Below are positions 17,528 to 23,461 of a stretch of DNA of 32,000 nucleotides, piece after piece. A program made the translations under genes and the position numbers. The notes beneath the pieces are model-generated. The model ran no database searches. It worked only from the letters and a program-made list of their open reading frames with translations, and was not told where the DNA came from. How positions within the stretch are numbered: position 1 is the first letter of the stretch; the number at the start of each line of letters is the position of its first letter. Location: NCBI GenBank assembly GCA_025054855.1, contig JANWZS010000004.1:22966-54965 (forward strand). Reading direction: 5' to 3'. Origin of the DNA: Candidatus Nitrosocaldus sp. Its GTDB lineage: Archaea > Thermoproteota > Nitrososphaeria > Nitrososphaerales > Nitrosocaldaceae.

Positions 17528-18234
17528 TCCTCTCCGCCTTCCTCCTCCCTCCTCCTAGCAAGGCTCTCATCTACACCCTCTGCAAGCCTCTCAAGCTCAT
17601 CGAGGCTACCGAACCTTAGGTATGTGAGCCTCTCGAGTGCCTCTACTATGCCCTTGGCTGCTCTATACTGTGGTATCCTGGGATCATCTATCTCACCGTA
17701 GAGCCCTATACCGTTTATGCCGTTCATCTTCGCAAAGCCGAGTATGAGGCCATTGAACCCAGTTATGAGCGATGAACCGTGTGTAGGATGGAGCCCAACC
17801 CTCGTTATGCTATCGGTCAAGGCTGGGTTGGTGGTGGTAACGAGGACCCTAGGCCTCTTGCCCACTGCTCTATCAGTCAGGAACGCACCTACTGTGTAGA
17901 TGAACTGCACGGAGTACATCTTTGCAACATCTATAACATCCTGGCATAGCATGTAGAGGTCGCTACTAGACTCTGGCTGACCAACGGAGCCCCCAAATAG
18001 TATGATCCTCTCAGCGTACCTATACTCCCACATCACCTGCTCAAACTCTATGTACCCTCCCTTATCGACTACGTATGGTGGGTAATGTGCATACACAACC
18101 CTGAACGGCCTTGTGTTGAGCCTCTTGTTGATGAAGTCTATCACTATGCTCCCCACATTGCCCATATCCTGCATCGCTGCTATCATTATCGGGCTACTAC
18201 CAACATCTGGCTCTAGAAGCTTCTCAAAGTGCAT
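17521..18234 (-). CDS. PAC2-family proteasome assembly chaperone (PbaA/PbaB-like)
   Basis: IMIAAMQDMGNVGSIVIDFI... and GLHPTHGSSLITGFNGLILGFAKMNGINGIGLYGEI match the archaeal PAC2/COG1938 pattern. It has an acidic C-terminal tail, RRREEEGGEEG. Confidence 0.8.
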   Translation of the reverse strand: MHFEKLLEPDVGSSPIMIAAMQDMGNVGSIVIDFINKRLNTRPFRVVYAHYPPYVVDKGGYIEFEQVMWEYRYAERIILFGGSVGQPESSSDLYMLCQDVIDVAKMYSVQFIYTVGAFLTDRAVGKRPRVLVTTTNPALTDSITRVGLHPTHGSSLITGFNGLILGFAKMNGINGIGLYGEIDDPRIPQYRAAKGIVEALERLTYLRFGSLDELERLAEGVDESLARRREEEGGEEG

Positions 18235-18322
18235 AGGTTAACTCTGTATATGCGAATAATAACTCTTCCTGTTACTTCATACTCCCAACGCATCCATATT
18301 GCTAACACAGCAAGCAAGCATG

Positions 18323-19147
18323 CTAAGTGCCCAACTCCATGCTCATGAACTCGAGTATATTCCTCATCCTCAGGCAGTCGAGCTCCAGCAGAGGGGACTC
18401 GCATATTAAGGTTATACTCAATCCCCTCCTGACTATCTCAAGCGCTAACGGCTCGAACTGTGGCTCCCCTATGGGCCTATGGACATCGACATACCTGTAA
18501 CCTTTCCTTGCCAGCCCTGTAAAGTGGGCATTTATGTACTCCAATCCAGAGTCCAGAAGCCTATCTATTATATGCGCATAGTCTATCCTTCCATCGTTCC
18601 TAGCGAATATATGCGCAAAGTCTACATACGGCCTGACCCAGCCATTAAGATCCTTGTAGAGTTTCAGTACCTCATCCAGTGTACCGAACTGGTTCCTCCT
18701 TGCCATGGTCTCTGCTCCAAGCCTGACGTGCCTTGTACCCATGCTCCTCATCTCATCCACTATCGCCTCGTAGCCTGCTCTAACCATGGCATACGCCTCC
18801 TCCCTGCTCCTCCTCCCGTAGAATGCAGAGTGTATGGCGATTATATCTGCACGCATCGCTTCACCGACCTCAACACACTCGAGTATCCTACGCTTAGACC
18901 TCCTCACTACACCAGCATCCTCGGAGCAGAGGTTTATGTAGTAGGGCGCATGGATGGACAACCTTATATCCAGCTCCTCTGCCATATCCCCGAGAGCCCT
19001 ACCCTCCTCCCTGCCAAGATATACGCCATGGACAAAGTCAAGTTCTAGGGCGTTGAGCCCAAGCTCGTTAAGCCTCCTCAGACCAGCCTCCAGTCCATGA
19101 CCCCTACTCGAGACAGGGAGGCCTTGAGTTCCTATACGTACTCTCAT
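18323..19147 (-). CDS. nfo: Endonuclease IV-like TIM-barrel protein (AP endonuclease family 2)
   Basis: LSIHAPYYINLCS resembles Nfo signature 1, H.pYliN. LGAETMARRNQFGT resembles signature 2. YVDFAHIFARND resembles signature 3, lDtcH.fa.G. Confidence 0.7.
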   Translation of the reverse strand: MRVRIGTQGLPVSSRGHGLEAGLRRLNELGLNALELDFVHGVYLGREEGRALGDMAEELDIRLSIHAPYYINLCSEDAGVVRRSKRRILECVEVGEAMRADIIAIHSAFYGRRSREEAYAMVRAGYEAIVDEMRSMGTRHVRLGAETMARRNQFGTLDEVLKLYKDLNGWVRPYVDFAHIFARNDGRIDYAHIIDRLLDSGLEYINAHFTGLARKGYRYVDVHRPIGEPQFEPLALEIVRRGLSITLICESPLLELDCLRMRNILEFMSMELGT

Positions 19148-19248
19148 CAGTACAGGTAGGTTACTCGCATATATTATGATACCACCCGTGGTACACTAAC
19201 ATACATGCAGATCAGTAGCCCTGCCAGTGTGATGGTATCTCGCCAACC

Positions 19249-19296
19249 CTTCCTCCCTTCCTTCCTCCCTTCCTTCCTCCCTTCTTTCTTTCTTTC
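19249..19296. repeat. Tandem 12-mer (CTTCCTCCCTTC)x3 followed by (TTTC)x3
   Basis: Counted directly: the 12-mers are at 19249-19260, 19261-19272 and 19273-19284, and (TTTC)3 is at 19285-19296. The repeat sits immediately 3' of the stop of the 124-aa ORF (minus strand) and upstream of nfo. Confidence 0.95.
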
Positions 19297-19671
19297 TCAC
19301 CTCATCCCCCCTATCATGCCAGGGGCTTTGGGCATGCTCCTGTACTCCTTCACTATATGCACACCTGGCTCAGCGGTCACAACTACATACTCCCTGTTTG
19401 CATCATCCCTTGGCGAGAGCGATACCTTCTCCCCAGGCTTTATCCTTGGTATGAAGTCCTTGTACGTACCATAATCTACCACGACATTGGTTATATCGTT
19501 CCTCCCAGTGTTGGTGAGGATCACCCTGTATATATCCATGACATCTATCTTGTCCTTGAACGCATCGACATCCAGCGCATAATCCTGGTTGGAGTAGGGC
19601 ATGAGCATAAGGAATGCAGTAAGCATGGCAGCACCCATGGCACCTGCACCTGCGATGAGGTAGATCAGCAC
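19297..19671 (-). CDS. Hypothetical N-terminally membrane-anchored protein with a ~95-aa beta-rich (Ig/CARDB-like) domain; neighbour of the AMO locus
   Basis: GTG start. The TM helix is LIYLIAGAGAMGAAMLTAFLMLM. It is followed by RVILTNTGRNDITNVVVDYG...IKPGEKVSLSP, a pattern reminiscent of CARDB-type beta-sandwiches. The overlapping plus-strand ORFs look like shadows. Confidence 0.55.
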   Translation of the reverse strand: MLIYLIAGAGAMGAAMLTAFLMLMPYSNQDYALDVDAFKDKIDVMDIYRVILTNTGRNDITNVVVDYGTYKDFIPRIKPGEKVSLSPRDDANREYVVVTAEPGVHIVKEYRSMPKAPGMIGGMR

Positions 19672-19785
19672 AACATACTATCCACAAGGTTAGATTTAAC
19701 ATTTATCATTCCCTAGCATACATGCTACCATATTACACCTGATCCGACCATTATAGTTATATTTAAGTTAGTTTTAGTATATGTG

Positions 19786-19983
19786 ATGATGAAGAACTAC
19801 AGCATGCTTGCGGTACTGGCCATACTGGCCCTTGCAGCAGTAGCAGCAGTCATGCCAAGTGCGTATGCACAGACCTGGGGTAGACCCGACTCTATGATCA
19901 TTGCAGGACTACCGCTGATAGTCGGCCTAGGCACTGGTATAGTGTACTTCATAGTGATATCTGCAAGAAGGTCCAAGAAGTAG
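19786..19983 (+). CDS. Hypothetical small secreted/single-pass membrane protein (65 aa); neighbour of the AMO locus
   Basis: It has a Sec-type signal peptide (MMKNYSMLAVLAILALAAVAAVMPSAYA-Q), a 7-aa linker, a Gly-rich TM (MIIAGLPLIVGLGTGIVYFIVI) and a basic tail (SARRSKK). A TATA-like TATATTTAAG lies 18 nt upstream and an oligo-T run lies downstream. Confidence 0.5.
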   Translation: MMKNYSMLAVLAILALAAVAAVMPSAYAQTWGRPDSMIIAGLPLIVGLGTGIVYFIVISARRSKK

Positions 19984-19992
19984 ATCCTATAT

Positions 19993-20017
19993 CTCTTCTT
20001 CTTTTCTTATTTTGTTT
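19993..20017 (+). terminator. Oligo-T/pyrimidine-rich terminator-like tract after the 65-aa ORF
   Basis: CTCTTCTTCTTTTCTTATTTTGTTT begins 10 nt after the stop codon. Archaeal termination typically occurs at oligo-T runs. Confidence 0.45.
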
Positions 20018-20102
20018 ACTCAATGGCTATATGTACACATTGTACATGTGTATGGTAGCCTATGATGGTATGCAAGATCACTTTTTGCATAACAACCAAC
20101 TG

Positions 20103-20114
20103 AAATAACAAAAA
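20103..20114 (-). terminator. Oligo-T terminator-like tract after amoA
   Basis: The minus strand reads TTTTTGTTATTT starting 17 nt after the amoA TAA. Confidence 0.45.
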
Positions 20115-20130
20115 GATTGTGGGTATGTGT

Positions 20131-20784
20131 TTAGTCCCACTTGCTCCAGGCAGCGGCCCACCTGTACGTCCATGTGTTCAGCTTTGCACCCAAGGCAGCC
20201 ATCGGTACACTTATAACCGCACTTATACCTGCTGCCAACGCCACTGGACTGTTGTAGAACTTGCCCACCTGAGGCTCTATCGGCGTTAGGTATGCTGGGA
20301 GCGTTGGTCTAGGATACTTGAATGCCATCTCTAGTGGATCATGTACAGTTAGCAGGTTTATCATGTTGAAGAGTGGCATGGACATGCCTACCAGGGAGCC
20401 TCCTATCAGTATAGCTGCATGCTTGTTCCTCCTTGTTGCCCAGTATGATAGGTCGAGGAGCATGGCACTCGGTATCCAGACTGGGACGATCATGAAGTCG
20501 TATGGATAGCCTAAGCCTCCTATCCAGGCCCACTTTGCAACCCAGGTGTATATGGTCATTATTGTAGCGTAGTACGTTGCTGTACCAGGCACTCCTGTGA
20601 ATAGCATGTAGTAGATGGCACCAACCACGAGCATGGTTGCCTGGCTAAGGTTGAAGATCACGAAGGAGGTCCACATCCAGTCGGAGTAGAATATGTAGTC
20701 TCCAGCGTTGATGGTCAGCAGCGTCGAGTTCACCGCAACTACCACTATGAACAGGTAGTGTATTGTGCGTCTAATCCAGACCAT
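20131..20784 (-). CDS. amoA: Ammonia monooxygenase subunit A, archaeal type
   Basis: 217 aa. MVWIRRTIHYLFIVVVAVNSTLLTINAGDYIFYSDW...MLFTGVPGTATYYATIMTIYTWVAK...YPYDFMIVPVWIPSAMLLDLSYWATRRNKH...MAFKYPRPTLP...PIEPQVGKFYNSPVA is near-identical in pattern to thaumarchaeal AmoA sequences I know. Confidence 0.97.
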   Translation of the reverse strand: MVWIRRTIHYLFIVVVAVNSTLLTINAGDYIFYSDWMWTSFVIFNLSQATMLVVGAIYYMLFTGVPGTATYYATIMTIYTWVAKWAWIGGLGYPYDFMIVPVWIPSAMLLDLSYWATRRNKHAAILIGGSLVGMSMPLFNMINLLTVHDPLEMAFKYPRPTLPAYLTPIEPQVGKFYNSPVALAAGISAVISVPMAALGAKLNTWTYRWAAAWSKWD

Positions 20785-20804
20785 TAGAATAGTGTACTAT
20801 GTCC

Positions 20805-20816
20805 ATATATATAAAA
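20805..20816 (-). promoter_or_regulatory. TATA-box-like element for amoA
   Basis: The minus strand reads TTTTATATATAT and ends 20 nt upstream of the amoA ATG. This implies a leaderless or very short-leader mRNA. Confidence 0.5.
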
Positions 20817-20849
20817 CTTACTCCAGGTTAGTGCTAATAAATTAGTAGA

Positions 20850-20865
20850 ATAAAAATAAAATTAA
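20850..20865 (-). terminator. Oligo-T terminator-like tract after amoX
   Basis: The minus strand reads AATTTTATTTTTATTC shortly after the amoX TAG. Confidence 0.4.
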
Positions 20866-20880
20866 GAAATATTTATAATT

Positions 20881-21141
20881 CTATGGGATGGCTGGCTTCT
20901 CCATGGCAACTTTCCAGATGAAGATGAATCCAAAGGCAATGATCACGGTCAGCACGGTCAGCGCATACATCCCAGAGCTGAATGGGTATGCCCATGAATA
21001 GTATGTGAACCCTACCCAGACACCAAATGCTGTTGCTGCCCACGCCATTATCGCTCCGATTATGTACAGACCCTTCATGTGCTCAGTCCTCTTGCCAATC
21101 ATCCTCTCTATCTCGTCCTTGGGCGCCTCCTTCTTCGACAT
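20881..21141 (-). CDS. amoX: AmoX (small 2-TM protein encoded between amoA and amoC in ammonia-oxidising archaea)
   Basis: Its position between amoC and amoA matches the conserved AOA arrangement. It has two TM helices (LYIIGAIMAWAATAFGVWVGF and MYALTVLTVIIAFGFIFIW). I prefer the ATG at 21141 (MSKKEAPKDE...), because CTTTAATAA lies 23 nt upstream. The track ORF extends to 21165. Confidence 0.8.
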   Translation of the reverse strand: MSKKEAPKDEIERMIGKRTEHMKGLYIIGAIMAWAATAFGVWVGFTYYSWAYPFSSGMYALTVLTVIIAFGFIFIWKVAMEKPAIP

Positions 21142-21164
21142 TAAAGAATAATGAAACGAATGCA

Positions 21165-21173
21165 TTATTAAAG
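21165..21173 (-). promoter_or_regulatory. TATA-box-like element for amoX
   Basis: The minus strand reads CTTTAATAA, about 23 nt upstream of the ATG at 21141. Confidence 0.45.
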
Positions 21174-21197
21174 TTTACTTTTGATCTGACAAGGGGT

Positions 21198-21214
21198 AAC
21201 AAAAAAAGAAAAGG
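21198..21214 (-). terminator. Oligo-T terminator-like tract after amoC
   Basis: The minus strand reads CCTTTTCTTTTTTTGT, about 65 nt after the amoC TAA and just upstream of the amoX TATA. Confidence 0.45.
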
Positions 21215-21277
21215 AGTTGCCCATCAGGGCGGTTGCAATTTGTTTACCTTGCTTGCTACGCCTTCTGCTTATGGTAC

Positions 21278-21841
21278 TTATGGTATGCTCCTGCTGTACA
21301 GCTTGCCCTCCAGAGCGAGCTTGTACATCTCTGCAACGTATGGGTTGCTTGGCGGCGTCTCCATCCCGAGCTCTACCATCCTCACGTACAGCCTGACCAC
21401 GTAGGCTAGTGCACCTATGAATGCCACGACGACACCCATGTTGAATGACCAGTGGTTGGGTACTGCGAATACCTCCTCCACGAACCAGAAGTGCCACATC
21501 TCGTTTATACCTATGGTGAACATGGTACCTAGGTAGCCTATGATGGTCATCTTTATACCAGTGTTGACGGTGTTGTTTGGACCCCTCATCAGTGGCACCC
21601 TTCTGTCATATATCATTATTGCACCCCAGCCTAGTGGTAGCGCAACGAAGTGGGAGTAGAGCCACCAGTGCGCTGGTGTGAATGCACTGTCCCTTATACT
21701 GGTCTGGTGCAGTGAGCCGTCGACGAAGTTGTCAACCTCAACGCTCGCTGCGACTGAGCCCATCACTATGACCATTATCAGTATCTTCTTCAGCCTCTGC
21801 ATCTCAACCTCCTTTGGTAGTAGTGCTGGCATCTGAGCCAT
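21278..21841 (-). CDS. amoC: Ammonia monooxygenase subunit C, archaeal type
   Basis: 187 aa. WWLYSHFVALPLGWG...GINEMWHFWFVEEVFAVPNHWSF keeps the His-x12-His spacing and the preceding acidic/amide residue of the AmoC/PmoC metal site. The overall pattern is that of thaumarchaeal AmoC. Confidence 0.95.
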   Translation of the reverse strand: MAQMPALLPKEVEMQRLKKILIMVIVMGSVAASVEVDNFVDGSLHQTSIRDSAFTPAHWWLYSHFVALPLGWGAIMIYDRRVPLMRGPNNTVNTGIKMTIIGYLGTMFTIGINEMWHFWFVEEVFAVPNHWSFNMGVVVAFIGALAYVVRLYVRMVELGMETPPSNPYVAEMYKLALEGKLYSRSIP

Positions 21842-21870
21842 ACCGCTTCATCCTCTGCTACTCATGAGGA

Positions 21871-21881
21871 GTATATCTATC
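21871..21881 (-). promoter_or_regulatory. Possible TATA-like element for amoC
   Basis: The minus strand reads GATAGATATAC, ending about 29 nt upstream of the amoC ATG. It is weaker than the other amo TATA candidates. Confidence 0.3.
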
Positions 21882-21945
21882 TACTGATGTAAGATATCGA
21901 ATCAGTTCTAGAGATATCATCATATCATTCCCATTTAAGACAATT

Positions 21946-22026
21946 AATAATCGAAAATAGACTATACCTTTCTAAATAATCGATCCATGTTATGATGAAT
22001 CGATTTGATTAACACTGAAATCAAAT
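21946..22026. promoter_or_regulatory. Candidate operator array in the amoC/amoB divergent region: AATAATCGA x2, ATGAATCGA, and an 8-bp inverted repeat
   Basis: The exact 9-mer AATAATCGA occurs at 21946-21954 and 21975-21983. A related GATGAATCGAT is at 21994-22004, containing the palindrome AATCGATT at 21998-22005. The inverted repeat ATTTGATT(n8)AATCAAAT is at 22003-22026. Confidence 0.35.
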
Positions 22027-22110
22027 ATATTCGAGCCATCATCGGATTTATTGTTTATAAGTCTGATGTGAGATCATTCTATATATAAACCTAGAAGGGG
22101 ACTGAAATGT

Positions 22111-22122
22111 AAAAATATATAT
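22111..22122 (+). promoter_or_regulatory. TATA-box-like element for amoB
   Basis: AAAAATATATAT ends 24 nt upstream of the amoB ATG (22147). Confidence 0.5.
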
Positions 22123-22146
22123 CTGTGTTAGTACAAGATTCTAATA

Positions 22147-22776
22147 ATGAAGGTAACGCATGTAGCATTGCTGACAGCAGTGGCAGTGGTGCTGGTACTC
22201 GGCTCATTTGCGCCATTGATGAAGGATGCGTTTGCACACGGTGTCCAGGCACAGCTGCAGAGCAGGTTCGTAAAGATAGAGGATGAGACGTTCTCAACGT
22301 TCAGGGTAATAACCAAGCAGGAGTATGCAAACAGGACAGGTCTAACGCTGGAGCAAGTCGATGCGATGGGCTGTGACCCAAGGAGGGGAGACATACTGAT
22401 AGTAACTGGTAGACTTGTAAGCCAGGTCAACAAGGAGCTGAGGGCATGGATATCCCTCTTCAACGAGTCATCTAACGCTGGCAATAGGTGGGAGTTCATA
22501 TCAAGGGAGCCACCAGGTAACGTCTTCGATATACCTCCAGGCGGGGAGGTCCCATACAGGTTATGTGTCTCTGCACTTGAGCCTGGTACATACCATACCC
22601 ATACCCAGCTGAACGTGGCTACTGTTGGTCCAGGTCTCGGTCCAGGGGCAACAGTGGTGGTAGAGGGCGAGCCAACCATGAAGCCTATGTCAGTAGGCAA
22701 CATAGCATACCAGACCATACTGATAGCAATAGGCCTAGCGATATCATTCGCAACAAGACCATGGCAGGTCATATAG
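22147..22776 (+). CDS. amoB: Ammonia monooxygenase subunit B, archaeal type (single cupredoxin domain plus C-terminal TM)
   Basis: The signal peptide ends AFA|HGVQAQLQSRF, which exposes an N-terminal His as in the PmoB/AmoB CuB site. The H-x-H motif is in EPGTYHTHTQLNVATVGPGLGPG. The C-terminal TM is IAYQTILIAIGLAISFA. Confidence 0.95.
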   Translation: MKVTHVALLTAVAVVLVLGSFAPLMKDAFAHGVQAQLQSRFVKIEDETFSTFRVITKQEYANRTGLTLEQVDAMGCDPRRGDILIVTGRLVSQVNKELRAWISLFNESSNAGNRWEFISREPPGNVFDIPPGGEVPYRLCVSALEPGTYHTHTQLNVATVGPGLGPGATVVVEGEPTMKPMSVGNIAYQTILIAIGLAISFATRPWQVI

Positions 22777-22795
22777 CAGAGTAACGACCCACCAA

Positions 22796-22810
22796 TCTTT
22801 CTTTTGTTTG
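22796..22810 (+). terminator. Oligo-T terminator-like tract after amoB
   Basis: TCTTTCTTTTGTTTG begins 20 nt after the amoB TAG. Confidence 0.45.
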
Positions 22811-22960
22811 GCCTATCTGATCTAACTGCACATACTATGTGGGGAAGGGATTGAGATAATGTATGTATGCTGGTACAGTCAGATCATGATGTAGAGCATG
22901 CAATCATATACTCTCTTCTACTAATCTGTAATCATATAAAAAAGGAGATGTTAGCTGGGG

Positions 22961-23230
22961 TTACCTTCTCCTCTCCTCTGGCAGTAGACCTATACCCTCC
23001 CTCTCGTAGTACCTCTCCAACTCCTGCACCCATGTCTCCCTTGCCGTACCGCCTATACCCTTGTGTCTTATCCAGTACGCTATAACGCTCAGTAGGAATA
23101 TGCCGAACATCATTGTGCCGAATATGTAGATCATCACATCGTAGAAGAGTGGGTCATATGCTGGGCCTATCTGCAGCACTATGCTCTTTATACCCATAGC
23201 CAGCGTTGCAATATCCATTGGTATAATCAT
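22961..23230 (-). CDS. Hypothetical small single-pass membrane protein (85-89 aa) next to amoB; candidate AMO accessory subunit
   Basis: It has one strong TM (VMIYIFGTMMFGIFLLSVIAYWI) and a charged C-terminal tail (RHKGIGGTARETWVQELERYYEREGIGLLPEERRR). Possible ATG starts are 23230 and 23218, and TATA-like elements lie upstream of both. A T6 run follows the stop. Confidence 0.55.
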   Translation of the reverse strand: MIIPMDIATLAMGIKSIVLQIGPAYDPLFYDVMIYIFGTMMFGIFLLSVIAYWIRHKGIGGTARETWVQELERYYEREGIGLLPEERRR

Positions 23231-23461
23231 CGAACACCATGAATATATACATTTCCGTTTGGCCTTATAAAAAATTTAGCCGCTTTACTATACTTACGCA
23301 TCATTAGTCCATCTCACTACTGTATCACACCAATTCCATAAATACCATAGATAATGCAATCATATTATACACTATGCAGATGCGTATATACGTACAGGAA
23401 TAATGATAGGTAGAGCTATGTATGGAAGAGATCAAACAAAAAAGGAAGTGTGTAGGTTCTG

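Noticed and set aside
17343-17619. Two overlapping Pro/Ser/Tyr/Ile-rich ORFs (71 and 90 aa) that could pass for proline-rich proteins.
   Set aside because: They arise from the (ACAT)n repeat and the G-depleted polypyrimidine tract. Neither is a convincing coding candidate: no upstream promoter-like element, both read into the PAC2 coding region in antisense, and composition is driven entirely by the nucleotide bias.
22128-22772. A 214-aa minus-strand ORF covering the whole of amoB.
   Set aside because: The amoB frame has unmistakable homology features (signal peptide, N-terminal His, HTH motif, GPGLGPG). The antisense product is Ser/Thr/Pro-rich with no motif. It is a stop-free antisense frame produced by the codon bias.
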